A DNA stretch of 64,000 nt from an uncultured Gemmatimonadaceae bacterium (GTDB taxonomy: Bacteria; Gemmatimonadota; Gemmatimonadetes; Gemmatimonadales; Gemmatimonadaceae): contig CAWAGQ010000004.1 of NCBI GenBank assembly GCA_963781585.1, forward strand, positions 352,001 through 416,000, given 5' to 3'. A model generated the notes under the pieces. The model had not been told where the DNA came from and ran no database searches. It worked only from the letters and a program-made list of their open reading frames with translations. Shown piece after piece: positions 1 through 9,233 of the stretch (its first letter is position 1; each line of letters begins with the position of its first letter). The position numbers and the translations under genes were made by a program.

Positions 1-870
1 GTTGATATCGTGGGGCGGTGGACCGATGAGCTGGCGCGCAACCCGGATAGCCTCTCGTTCCTTCGGCTGGCTGACGAGCTCCGTCGCCGCCGTGCCCTTC
101 CGGAGGCGCGGACGGTGGCCCTGCGCGGACTCGAACGACATCCGTATCTCGCAGACGCCCACGATATGCTCGCGCGCGTGTATGCCGATGATGGAGAGAC
201 GCAACGCGCGCGCGACGAGTGGGAGATGGCTCTGCGCATCGATCCCGATCATCTGGAATCGCTGAAGGGGCTCGGATTCCTGGCGTTCGCGCGCGGAGAC
301 CTGGCGGGCGCGGAACGGCACCTCCGCCGCGCCCGCTCCCAGGGCGATCCCGATGCCGGACTTGCCACTGCGCATCGACGCGTCATGGAGGCGATGCGCC
401 GGGCGTCGCGCGGGCACCCCGAGGAGTCCGTCCCCCACAACGGGACTGGCACGGCGGCCCGCAACGGTAACGGGTCGCGACCCCGTGCGGCCGCACCACC
501 GAACCGGGCACGCGAACTCTTCGCCCCCCTGCTCGGCGAAGAAGACGGCACGGCGCTGCTCATCGACGCGGACGGCCTCGTCATCGCTGGTGCGTACGTG
601 GACGAAACGGGCCGTGAGATCGGCGACGAAATCGGCGCTGAACTCTCCGGCGTGAGTGACGAGGCGGCGCGAGCCCTGATCCACTTGCGGCTCGGGACCT
701 GGGAATCGCTGCTGATCGAGGCGCAGCATGCCACAGTGGGACTGGCGCCGGCCAGAGACGGCGCCGTGGTACTCGTGGCGGCGGCGCGCGATGCACACGT
801 CGGCCTGGTGCGCCGGCTGCTGATGCAGGCGCGTACTCGTGCGCGGACCTGGATGGCGGGTGCATCGTGA
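1..870 (+). CDS. TPR-repeat protein with C-terminal roadblock/LC7 (MglB-like) domain, 5' partial
   Basis: Frame is open from base 1. TPR-like helices (AHDMLARVYADDG..., EMALRIDPDHLESLKGLG), a low-complexity linker, then a roadblock pattern (ALLIDADGLVIAG...LLIEAQHATVGL...VGLVRRLL). Confidence 0.8.
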   Translation, partial: VDIVGRWTDELARNPDSLSFLRLADELRRRRALPEARTVALRGLERHPYLADAHDMLARVYADDGETQRARDEWEMALRIDPDHLESLKGLGFLAFARGDLAGAERHLRRARSQGDPDAGLATAHRRVMEAMRRASRGHPEESVPHNGTGTAARNGNGSRPRAAAPPNRARELFAPLLGEEDGTALLIDADGLVIAGAYVDETGREIGDEIGAELSGVSDEAARALIHLRLGTWESLLIEAQHATVGLAPARDGAVVLVAAARDAHVGLVRRLLMQARTRARTWMAGAS

Positions 871-1214
871 GCGGACCCTTCGACGCCATGCTGTCCGAGC
901 TCGCGCGAGTGCGAGGCGTGCGCGCAGCCCTGCTGGCCACCGAGAGCGACGGGCTCGCGGCGGCAGGGATTGCGGCAACAGGGGTGCCCGAAGACGCGCT
1001 GGCCGCGTTTGGCATGGCGCTCCTGCGGCGGGCGCGGTTGGCGAACGAAGCGGCGGGATATGGCGCAACGCTGTTCGTGGCGCTGGATGCCGAGCACGGG
1101 CGGCTGCTTGTCGCCGCCCGCGGCGACCTCGCGATCGTAGTTCTGGCGGAGCGCGACGCCGGCACCGGTCTGGTGCGCATCGCCATGCTGCGTGCGATGA
1201 GCGGACTCCCGTGA
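867..1214 (+). CDS. Roadblock/LC7 domain protein
   Basis: 115 aa with GVRAALLATESDGL...LAIVVLAERDAGTGLVRIAM, typical of roadblock proteins. GTGA overlap with the upstream gene. Confidence 0.8.
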   Translation: MSGPFDAMLSELARVRGVRAALLATESDGLAAAGIAATGVPEDALAAFGMALLRRARLANEAAGYGATLFVALDAEHGRLLVAARGDLAIVVLAERDAGTGLVRIAMLRAMSGLP

Positions 1215-1666
1215 GCACGACCATGACCACCTTCACGGAACCCCTCCACGCGTTCGCCCACGATGCGCGGGTGCGGCTGGCCCTGGTGCTCGAATCCAGT
1301 GGACAGGTGCTCGCGCAGCACGGTTTCACACGGTCACTCGACGTCATGACCGCCTGTTCGCTTGCCGCAGCCATCCATGCCTCGGCTGCCGAGCTTGGTC
1401 GCGAACTCGGTGGGACAGCGTTCGGCCCGCTGCATCACGCCGGCGACGCGCGTCAGCTCTTTCTGGCGCCGGTCCTGTGCGGCGGCCGGACAATCCTGCT
1501 GCTGGCCGTGTTCGACGGGGCGAGCTCCCTCGGCATGGTCCGGCTGTTCTGGGCAGAGTTCGCACACCGCGTGGGCGATGCCATGGCGCCCCGGGCACGC
1601 GTCCAGGCCACGGAATTCGAGCGCGACCTCGAACACAACCTCGACGCGCTGTTCGGCAGGGTTTGA
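1211..1666 (+). CDS. mglB: MglB-like roadblock protein (putative GAP of MglA)
   Basis: LVLESSGQVLAQHG...LAAAIHASAAELGRELG...LLAVFDGASSLGMVRL resembles MglB and lies directly upstream of mglA. Start is GTG 1211 or ATG 1223. Confidence 0.75.
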   Translation: MSTTMTTFTEPLHAFAHDARVRLALVLESSGQVLAQHGFTRSLDVMTACSLAAAIHASAAELGRELGGTAFGPLHHAGDARQLFLAPVLCGGRTILLLAVFDGASSLGMVRLFWAEFAHRVGDAMAPRARVQATEFERDLEHNLDALFGRV

Positions 1667-1668
1667 CG

Positions 1669-2274
1669 ATGCCGGTCGTCAACTATCCGTCGCGCGAAAT
1701 TACCTGCAAGATCGTCTACTACGGGCCGGGACGTTCGGGCAAGACCACCAACCTGCAGTACATCCACACGCGGGTTCCGGAGGACCGGCGCGGCAGGATG
1801 GTCTCGGTGGCCACGCAGGGCGATCGCACGCTGTTCTTCGATTTTCTTCCGCTCGATCTGGGGAGCATCTCGGGCTTCACGACGCGATTCCAGCTATACA
1901 CCGTTCCGGGCCAGGTGTATTACCGGTCCACCCGTCGCCTGGTGCTGCGTGGCGCGGACGGCGTGGTGTTCGTCGCCGATAGCCAGCGCCGCCAACTCGA
2001 GGAGAATGTCGAGAGCCTCCGCGACCTGCACGAGTTGCTGGCCGAGCAGGACGTGGACCCGCGGAGCCTGCCTCTGGTCCTCCAGTACAACAAACAGGAC
2101 TTGCCACGGGATCTCATCCTGAACGCCGGCGAACTGGACGAGGCGCTCAATTTCCGGAGCGCGCCGAGCTTTGCGGCCGACGCCCTCGGTGGTGCCGGCG
2201 TCTTCGAAACCCTTCGCCGCATGTCCGAGCTGGTGCTGCGACGCCTCAGCGCGCCTGCAGCAGCCGGGAGATAG
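1669..2274 (+). CDS. mglA: MglA-family small Ras-like GTPase
   Basis: KIVYYGPGRSGKTTNL (G1), DRTLFFDF (G2 with intrinsic Arg), QLYTVPGQ (MglA-type G3), QYNKQD (G4). Confidence 0.93.
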   Translation: MPVVNYPSREITCKIVYYGPGRSGKTTNLQYIHTRVPEDRRGRMVSVATQGDRTLFFDFLPLDLGSISGFTTRFQLYTVPGQVYYRSTRRLVLRGADGVVFVADSQRRQLEENVESLRDLHELLAEQDVDPRSLPLVLQYNKQDLPRDLILNAGELDEALNFRSAPSFAADALGGAGVFETLRRMSELVLRRLSAPAAAGR

Positions 2275-2277
2275 CAC

Positions 2278-4068
2278 GTGATCGACGGCCGCTTTCGCTT
2301 CGACAACTTCATCGTCGGCGCGTCCAATCGCCTGGCGGTGTCGGCGGCGCGCGCGGTGGCCGAAACGCCCGGCGTGGTCTACAACCCGCTGGTCATCTAC
2401 AGCGCGTCCGGCCTGGGAAAGACGCACCTGCTGGCCGCGCTTGGCTACGCCACGCGCGAACTGCACCCCGAGCGCGACGTGGAGTACCTGACGCTCGAAC
2501 GCTTCGTGGACGAACTGCATGCCGCGGTCGCCAGCGGACGCCCCGATGCCCAGTTGCGGCGCTACCAGCACGTCCAGACGCTGCTGCTGGACGACGTGCA
2601 GTTTCTCACCGGACGGGTCGAGACGCAGACGGAACTCCTCCGCATCTTCAACGCGGTTCAGGAGAATGGCGGACAGATCGTGATGACGAGCGATCGGCCG
2701 CCGGCGGAGATCGGCGACGTCGATGCGCGGCTCCTGAGCCGGATGTCGGGCGGCCTGATCGTCGACATCGGCGAACCGGAGTACGAGACCCGGGTCGCGA
2801 TTCTCCGTCACAAGTGCGCCGAGCGAGGGCTGACCTTTGTGCCCGGTGTACTCGAGCAGCTGGCGAGCGCGCCGGCCGGGAGCGTGCGCGAACTCCAGGG
2901 GGCCCTGAATCGGGTTGCGGCACAGCAGTCCATCAGCGACGCGCCGCTCGGGATTCAGGACGTGCGCGTTGCCCTGGCAGGACGGAGCGAAGAGGGACCG
3001 GACGATGAGTACCAGAGCTTCCTGAACGAGGTCGCGGCGACAGTATCGCTGACGGTCGATCCGTGGCGCATCCGGCTGGGAGAAATGGTGTCTCGCTGGA
3101 GCGGCGAAGGGTTTCAGACCACGATGCTGGAGCGTGCGATGGCGGCCAGCGAGGCCCCCGATATCGATGCGCTCGATGCCCGGTTCGCCGCGGCCGCTGC
3201 GCGACTACGGGCGCTCGAAGCCGAAGCGGCCCGTCTCGATCCGAAGCTCATCGAGCTGGCGGCCTTTCGCGATCCCGAACGGGTGGCCGACGCCGAGACG
3301 GTCGTGCTGCGCGCGCTGGCCGCCTACGATCCGCCCCCCGGCCCCGACCGGCGCTTCGGCATCGAACAGTTCGTCGTGGGGGAGCGCAATCGCCTCGCGC
3401 TGCGCGGCGCGGCGGAAGTGATCGCCGTGCCGGGGGCGCGGTACAATCCGCTCTACATCCACGGCGCCACGAGTTCCGGCAAGACACACCTCCTGCACGC
3501 CATCGGCAACGCGCTGGCGGCGCGCGACGGCGGCGGGTGGACGGTCGCCTGTGTCACGGCCCAGCAGTTCACCGATGGACTGATCGAAGCCATCCAGGAG
3601 GCCGAGCTCGAGCGCTGGCGCATGCGGTACCGGGCGGTCGACGCGCTGCTGATCGATGACGCCCAGGCGCTCAGCGGCAAGGAGCGGTCGCAGGACGAGC
3701 TCTTCCATCTCTTCAACGCCTTTCATGACAGCGGCAAGCAGATCGTGCTCGCCGCGGACGTGGCGCCGTCCCAGCTGGTGGAGCTTGCGGCCCGGCTGCG
3801 CTCCCGCTTCGAGGGGGGGCTGGTGGTCGAGCTGGGTCGCGTGTCGCGGGCCGAGCGGGTGGCGCGCTACACGCCCGTCCCTATCGGTGCGGAGGCGGCC
3901 GCCCCCACCATCGACGCCTGGTTCGAAGAGGCGGTCGAGTCACCGCCCGATGCACTGGCCAGCCAGCTCGAGTCGTTAGGCGGCGTCGACTTCTTCTTCC
4001 TCGATCCCGAGAAGTGCATCACCGAATGGCCGGGTGTGGACGGACGCATCATCGAGGAGCTTCGCTGA
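2278..4068 (+). CDS. DnaA/Hda-family protein with two tandem DnaA-like AAA+ modules and no DnaA domain IV
   Basis: Two copies of the DnaA domain III pattern: FDNFIVGASNRLA...YNPLVIYSASGLGKTHLL...LLLDDVQFL...RLLSRMSGGL and FVVGERNRLA...YNPLYIHGATSSGKTHLL...LLIDDAQAL...RLRSRFEGGL. Confidence 0.88.
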   Translation: MIDGRFRFDNFIVGASNRLAVSAARAVAETPGVVYNPLVIYSASGLGKTHLLAALGYATRELHPERDVEYLTLERFVDELHAAVASGRPDAQLRRYQHVQTLLLDDVQFLTGRVETQTELLRIFNAVQENGGQIVMTSDRPPAEIGDVDARLLSRMSGGLIVDIGEPEYETRVAILRHKCAERGLTFVPGVLEQLASAPAGSVRELQGALNRVAAQQSISDAPLGIQDVRVALAGRSEEGPDDEYQSFLNEVAATVSLTVDPWRIRLGEMVSRWSGEGFQTTMLERAMAASEAPDIDALDARFAAAAARLRALEAEAARLDPKLIELAAFRDPERVADAETVVLRALAAYDPPPGPDRRFGIEQFVVGERNRLALRGAAEVIAVPGARYNPLYIHGATSSGKTHLLHAIGNALAARDGGGWTVACVTAQQFTDGLIEAIQEAELERWRMRYRAVDALLIDDAQALSGKERSQDELFHLFNAFHDSGKQIVLAADVAPSQLVELAARLRSRFEGGLVVELGRVSRAERVARYTPVPIGAEAAAPTIDAWFEEAVESPPDALASQLESLGGVDFFFLDPEKCITEWPGVDGRIIEELR

Positions 4069-5684
4069 TGGCCATCCGCGGCAGTCTCCGGGAAGCGAGC
4101 CTCCCCGATGTCCTCCAGCTGCTCGCCATGGGGAAGAAGACCGGCTGCCTCTCGGTCACCCACCGTCAGAGCTTCGGGACGATCTTCTTCGACAGTGGAC
4201 GCATCTGCTACGCCTCGATCGTCAACCGGCGTGACCGGCTCGGCGATCTGCTCCTGAAGCACGGCCTGATCACCCGTCCGCAGCTCGACGCCGCCGTCGC
4301 CGAACAAGTCGACCGACCCGACCGGCGTCTCGGTGAGATCCTCATCGCCGACGGCCTCCTGCAACCCGAGCAGTTGCGGGAGTACATCACCCATCAGATC
4401 CAGGAAGCAGTCTACTTCCTGTTCACCTGGACGCAGGGGACGTTCAGCTTCGAGCCCGATGTGCGCCCCGACACCCGGGACCTCCTGGTGTCGATCGGCC
4501 CCGAGTCCCTGCTGCTCGAGGGAGCGAGACGGGTGGACGAATGGAGTCTGATCGAAAAGAAGATTACCAGCTTCGATCTCATCTTCGCCCTCGATCGCGA
4601 GCACCTGACCGAAAGCCACGTCGACCTGACGCCCGAACAGGAGATTCTCGTTCCGCTCCTCGACGGACAGCGCGATGTCAGCGCGCTCACGGAAGAAACC
4701 GGGATGGACGACTTCGAGGTGGGCAAGGCGCTGTTCGGACTCCTCTCTGCCGGTTTCCTGCATCGCGCGGGACGCAGCACCGGCCCCGAGACCGTTGCCG
4801 GCGAGTCCCGCATCCTCGAGCACCGCAACCTCGGAGTCGCGTTCTACAGGACAGGCATGTACGACGAGGCGCTCCGCGAGTTCCGGCGGGTCGTCGAGCT
4901 GCAGCCGGGGGACCAGGTCGCAGAATTCCACATCGGTCTGGTGGCGCTGCGCCAGGACCGCCTGGATGACGCGATCCGCACATTTCGCGCGATTGGCGCT
5001 CGTGAGGCGGCACCGGCCTCGGTGTTCGTCAATCTCGCCCACGCCCTCGAGCGGTCGGGTCGATACGACGAGGCCCGCGCCGCGCTGGACGACGCGGAGC
5101 GGTTGCAGCCGCAGGAGCCGATGAGCGAGCTCGCACACGGCGTGCTGTCGTTGCGCCGGGGCGATGTGGAGGGCGCAGATCGACACCTGCAGTGTGCCGC
5201 CGAACGGTGGGGCGGGAAGGCGCGACCGGCAGCATGGTTTCACTACGCCGGTCTGGTGGCGGCGCTGCGCGGCGAGCTCGATCGAGCCACGGAGGTTCTG
5301 GAGCACGGGGTGGTGGCGTATCCACACGTCGCCGCACTGTACAACAACCTGTCCGTTGCCCTGGAGCGTCGCGGGCGCTACGCGGAAGCGTTGGCGGCGG
5401 CAGAGCGGGGGAGCGTGGAAGATCCGGCGCTGCCGCAGCTCCACAAGAACCTCGGCGATCTGCAGTACCGCGCCGGGCACTACGACGAGGCGCTCGACGC
5501 CTATCAGCGTGCGGTCCGGTACGACCCGGAGCTGGGCGGCGACGTCCATCTGAAGATGGGGAACGTGCGGTATCGACGCGGCGAGCGCGACGATGCGATG
5601 CGCTGCTGGGAGCGTTCGCTCTCGCTTGCGCCGGACAATCCCATGGCGAGGAACAACCTCGAGACCGCGCGACGGCTGACGTGA
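4068..5684 (+). CDS. DUF4388 (PatA-N-like) + MshEN + TPR-repeat protein
   Basis: N-terminal MAIRGSLREASLPDVLQLLAMGKKTGCL...WTQGTFSF (DUF4388), two RLGxxLLxxGL motifs, and multiple C-terminal TPRs. TGATG coupling to the upstream gene. Confidence 0.85.
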   Translation: MAIRGSLREASLPDVLQLLAMGKKTGCLSVTHRQSFGTIFFDSGRICYASIVNRRDRLGDLLLKHGLITRPQLDAAVAEQVDRPDRRLGEILIADGLLQPEQLREYITHQIQEAVYFLFTWTQGTFSFEPDVRPDTRDLLVSIGPESLLLEGARRVDEWSLIEKKITSFDLIFALDREHLTESHVDLTPEQEILVPLLDGQRDVSALTEETGMDDFEVGKALFGLLSAGFLHRAGRSTGPETVAGESRILEHRNLGVAFYRTGMYDEALREFRRVVELQPGDQVAEFHIGLVALRQDRLDDAIRTFRAIGAREAAPASVFVNLAHALERSGRYDEARAALDDAERLQPQEPMSELAHGVLSLRRGDVEGADRHLQCAAERWGGKARPAAWFHYAGLVAALRGELDRATEVLEHGVVAYPHVAALYNNLSVALERRGRYAEALAAAERGSVEDPALPQLHKNLGDLQYRAGHYDEALDAYQRAVRYDPELGGDVHLKMGNVRYRRGERDDAMRCWERSLSLAPDNPMARNNLETARRLT

Positions 5685-6196
5685 CGACCCGGACCGCCAC
5701 TCCTGCCGACGCCGCAGCGGGCGCCGAGATCGTGGTCAACGTCGCCGACTTCGGCGTGGCGCGCGAGCACGGCGTGCTCGCGACGTCAGGACTGGGATCG
5801 TGCGTGGCGATCATCATCTGCGATCGCATCGCACGGGTCGCGGCCATGGCGCACATTCTGCTTCCGGAACCGGACTTCCGTCGAGGGTCGCCCAATCCGG
5901 CAAAGTACCCGCAGACGGCCGTGCCGATGCTGCTCGACGAAATGCACCGGCTGGGCGCGATGGGGCCCTTCGAAGCGAAGCTGGCCGGAGGCGCAAGCAT
6001 GTTCGGCGCCCTGCTCGCAAGCGGCGTGAACATGGGTGAGCGCAACGTCGAGGCGTCGCGCCGGGCATTGGCGGATGCGCGCATCGCGCTGGTGGCCGAA
6101 GACGTGGGCGGAGGTCATGGACGGAGCGTGTTCGTGGACGTCGCGTCGGGGCGCGTGCGGGTGAGTTCTCTCCAGCGGGGCGACCGTGTCCTCTGA
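5681..6196 (+). CDS. cheD: Chemoreceptor glutamine deamidase CheD
   Basis: GLGSCVA (catalytic Cys), MAHILLP (His), AKLAGGASMF, GERNVEA, EDVGGGHGR. Confidence 0.92.
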   Translation: MTTRTATPADAAAGAEIVVNVADFGVAREHGVLATSGLGSCVAIIICDRIARVAAMAHILLPEPDFRRGSPNPAKYPQTAVPMLLDEMHRLGAMGPFEAKLAGGASMFGALLASGVNMGERNVEASRRALADARIALVAEDVGGGHGRSVFVDVASGRVRVSSLQRGDRVL

Positions 6197-7286
6197 ACGC
6201 CGCACGGTGCTGGTCGTCGACGACAGCGCGCTCGTCTGCCGCGTGGTCGCCGACCTGATCGAGGCCAGTGCCGACTTCCGCGTGGCCGGCATCGCCCGTG
6301 ACGGCTTGGACGCCATTCGCAAGCTGCACAGCCTCGAGCCCGACCTCGTCACGCTCGACGTGCAGATGCCGGATCTCGACGGCCTGCAGACACTCGGCTA
6401 CATCATGAGCGAGGCGCCGCGACCCGTGATCATGCTCAGCGCGCTGGATTCGCTGGGCGGTGCGGATCTGACCATCAGGGCGCTCGAGCTGGGTGCGGTG
6501 GATTTCGTGCGCAAGACCGGGCCTGACGACGCGCTCGATCCGAGAACGCTCCGCGATCGTCTGCTTCGGGCGCTCCGGGGGGCGCGAAACGTGAACCTCC
6601 GCGCCGCATCGGTGCTGGCCCGGCCGCTCGCCGCCCGCAAGTCCGCGCGCCCGGGTGAGAAGCCCGCCACTCATGTCGTGGCGATCGCCGCGTCCACCGG
6701 AGGGCCGCGGGCGCTCGCCGAAATACTGCCGGCGCTTCCCGGAGACCTCGGTGCGGCGGTTCTGGTGGTGCAGCACATGCCGGCCGGGTTCACTGAGAGC
6801 CTGGCGCGCCGCCTCGACCGTCTCGCATCACTTGCCGTGGGCGAGGCGGTAGACGGGGAGGTCCCGCTTGCCGGCCATGCCTACATCGCGCCGGGGGGCC
6901 GCCATCTGACGCTCAGTCGTGACGGTGGGGCCACGCGCCTGGCGGTCGGCGCCGGTGCCGCTGTTCGCGGAGCGCGACCGTCGGCCGACCTGCTGTTCGA
7001 CTCGGTCGCCGAACATCTCAGGGCGGCGGCGGTGGGTGTGGTACTCACCGGGATGGGGCACGACGGCGCCGCGGGCCTGAAGCGCATGCGTGGCGCGGGC
7101 GCCTACGCCCTCGTTCAGGATCGCGGGACCTCCACCGTATACGGCATGCCGATGACGGCGCTCGCACACGCCGGTGCAGATCGGGTGGTGCCGCTGTCGG
7201 AGATGGCGCCCGCGATCCTGGCCGCCCTGGAGGCGCGGGGAATGACGCGCCGCGATGTGACCACCGAAGATCCGATTCTGTCCTGA
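6186..7286 (+). CDS. cheB: Chemotaxis response regulator/methylesterase CheB
   Basis: Receiver domain (VVDDS, TLDVQMP, FVRK) plus esterase triad motifs ASTGG, VQHMP, LTGMGHDG. Confidence 0.95.
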   Translation: MSSERRTVLVVDDSALVCRVVADLIEASADFRVAGIARDGLDAIRKLHSLEPDLVTLDVQMPDLDGLQTLGYIMSEAPRPVIMLSALDSLGGADLTIRALELGAVDFVRKTGPDDALDPRTLRDRLLRALRGARNVNLRAASVLARPLAARKSARPGEKPATHVVAIAASTGGPRALAEILPALPGDLGAAVLVVQHMPAGFTESLARRLDRLASLAVGEAVDGEVPLAGHAYIAPGGRHLTLSRDGGATRLAVGAGAAVRGARPSADLLFDSVAEHLRAAAVGVVLTGMGHDGAAGLKRMRGAGAYALVQDRGTSTVYGMPMTALAHAGADRVVPLSEMAPAILAALEARGMTRRDVTTEDPILS

Positions 7287-7355
7287 GTAGGGAGCGGGGG
7301 TGGGTCCGGATCTCCGGTTCACCACCCCGCGCCTTCGTATCCGATCCACCTGTCG

Positions 7356-7886
7356 ATGCCCGAATCCGACGTGCTCCAGAACGTTGCTCCGCCAGCCCCG
7401 CCGCATGACGCATCGCCGCTGCGTTTTCGCGAGCGCGTGCGGCAGCGCATCGGCACGGCCGACCTTCTGCTCTTCCGGGTGGGACGGGAGGGGTTCGGAA
7501 TCGAGATTCGCGCGGTGGACGAAGTAGTGGAGTCGCCGCGACTGCGGGTTCTTCCCGATGCCCCGGCGACGCTGCTCGGCGTATTCACGCTGCGCGAGCA
7601 GCTGCTCCCGCTGTACGCGGCATCGCTGGTGCTCGGTCAGGAAGCCGAGGCGCCGGACCTGGCACTCGTCATGCGCAGCGGATTGCGGCGGGTGGGGCTG
7701 GCGGTGGACGACGTGGAAGAAGTTGTGGCCGTTTCCATGACCGACCTGCGGGATCCGCCTCCGGGAATTGGCGACGACGATGTTGTGGCCGGACTGGTCT
7801 GGCGCGATGGCCGGATCATCACCGTGCTCGATGCCCGCGCCCTGGTTGCGGCATGCGCCTCGGTGGCGCATCCGGCGGTTCCATGA
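7356..7886 (+). CDS. cheW: CheW-like coupling protein
   Basis: LLFRVGREGFGIEIRAVDEV, LLGVFTLREQLLP, VGLAVDDVEEV, ITVLD. Confidence 0.85.
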   Translation: MPESDVLQNVAPPAPPHDASPLRFRERVRQRIGTADLLLFRVGREGFGIEIRAVDEVVESPRLRVLPDAPATLLGVFTLREQLLPLYAASLVLGQEAEAPDLALVMRSGLRRVGLAVDDVEEVVAVSMTDLRDPPPGIGDDDVVAGLVWRDGRIITVLDARALVAACASVAHPAVP

Positions 7887-8359
7887 CCACCATGACCGGC
7901 AGCTCGCGCATCATCACGTTCCGTCTCGGCGACGATCTGTTCGCGGCCGACATCTTCGCCGTGGAGCGGGTGCTGCGATACGACGCGCCCCGGGCAATCC
8001 CGAACGTACCCGACTGGATCCGCGGCGTGATCGAGTACCAGGGGCGCGTCGTGCCGGTCGTGGACCTCCGGCGTCGCTTCGGCCTTCCCGAGGCCGACGT
8101 TGGTCCGCAGGCCCGGATGCTGGTCCTCTCGTCAGGCGGGGAGTGGGTGGCGGTCATCGTCGACCTGGTTCTCGACGTGCGGCCACTCGAGGAGGCGGCA
8201 CTGTCGCCGCCGCCCGCGCTGTTCCGCGGGCTGGCCGGCGAATACCTGCGGGGTCTGACGCGTCGGGGAGAGTCGCTGGTGGTTGTGCTGGACGTGGACC
8301 GCCTGCTCTCCAGTCAGGACCGGCTGGTGCTGGCGCCCGCCCGGGGGGCGGATGCCTGA
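7883..8359 (+). CDS. cheW: CheW-like coupling protein
   Basis: IITFRLGDDLFAADI, IPNVPDWIRGVIEYQGRVVPVVDLRRRFG, VVVLDVDRLL. Confidence 0.92.
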   Translation: MTTMTGSSRIITFRLGDDLFAADIFAVERVLRYDAPRAIPNVPDWIRGVIEYQGRVVPVVDLRRRFGLPEADVGPQARMLVLSSGGEWVAVIVDLVLDVRPLEEAALSPPPALFRGLAGEYLRGLTRRGESLVVVLDVDRLLSSQDRLVLAPARGADA

Positions 8360-9233
8360 TCCGGCGCGAGCGTCCCTTCGTCTCCGGTTCGAGGGCATCG
8401 GGCAGGCCCTCGACGCACCCGGTGCATCCGGCCACAAGGCCGAGCTCAAGGCCGAGATCATCGCCCTCTTCAAGGCGGTGGATCGCGAGGTGGCCGACCT
8501 CGCGGTCCTGCGCGACGAAGTAAAGGGTCTGGTTACGCGGTGGAAGGCGCTGGACGGGGATGAGGCCGAAGCCAGTCGGGGCGCGGAACCCGCCCCGCCG
8601 CCGGCGGCGCCGACCGTGTCGGGACCCACCCGGGCCGATCACCTGAACGCGTCGAGCCACATCGAGAAGGGGTGGAGCCTCATTTCGCTGGGCGACTGCG
8701 CATCGGCCGAACAGGCGCTGCACAAGGCGCTGTCGCTGGTGCCTAACGACTTGCAGGCCGAGTCGTTGCTGGGATGGGCGCAGATGCTGCAGGGCAAGTA
8801 CGACGACGCGCTGCTCAACTTCCAGCAGGTCCTGTGTCAGGAGCCGGCCAATGCCCTGGCTCGAGTGAACGTGGGGTACATCTGCCTGAAGAAGGGCATC
8901 TTCGGCGAAGCAATCGAGCACCTGTCGCGCACCATCCGCCTCGACAACGATCGGAAAGCGACGCTCTACGCCCACTACTACCTGGGCCTGCTGTACCTGG
9001 AACGTGAGATGTTCGACGATGCCGAGAGCTTCCTGCGCAAGGCCATCTCGCTTGGACCCAACCTGGTGGAAGCGTACTACGAGCTCGGGCGCGTGCTCTG
9101 GTTCGCGGGCAGCGCCGAGGCCGCGTCGCAGGCGTGGCGCGACGGCGTGTCGGCGAACAAGTTCAGTCCATGGGGGAAGCGCTGCGCCGAGATGCTGCGG
9201 GAAGTCGAAGCCGGCGGCGTGCTCACGCGCTGA
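8352..9233 (+). CDS. Tetratricopeptide repeat protein
   Basis: N-terminal coiled segment, Pro/Ala linker, then about 5 TPR units (e.g. AHYYLGLLYLEREMFDDAESFLRKAISLGPNLVEAYYELG). Confidence 0.85.
   Translation: MPDPARASLRLRFEGIGQALDAPGASGHKAELKAEIIALFKAVDREVADLAVLRDEVKGLVTRWKALDGDEAEASRGAEPAPPPAAPTVSGPTRADHLNASSHIEKGWSLISLGDCASAEQALHKALSLVPNDLQAESLLGWAQMLQGKYDDALLNFQQVLCQEPANALARVNVGYICLKKGIFGEAIEHLSRTIRLDNDRKATLYAHYYLGLLYLEREMFDDAESFLRKAISLGPNLVEAYYELGRVLWFAGSAEAASQAWRDGVSANKFSPWGKRCAEMLREVEAGGVLTR

Noticed and set aside
2278..4068. Calling this gene dnaA and the region oriC
   Set aside because: No domain I or IV, duplicated AAA+ module, no adjacent dnaN/recF/gyrB and no flanking DnaA-box cluster.
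5681..8359. Che cluster apparently lacking cheA, cheY, cheR and receptors
   Set aside because: The window starts mid-operon, so these genes may lie just upstream. Absence cannot be claimed.
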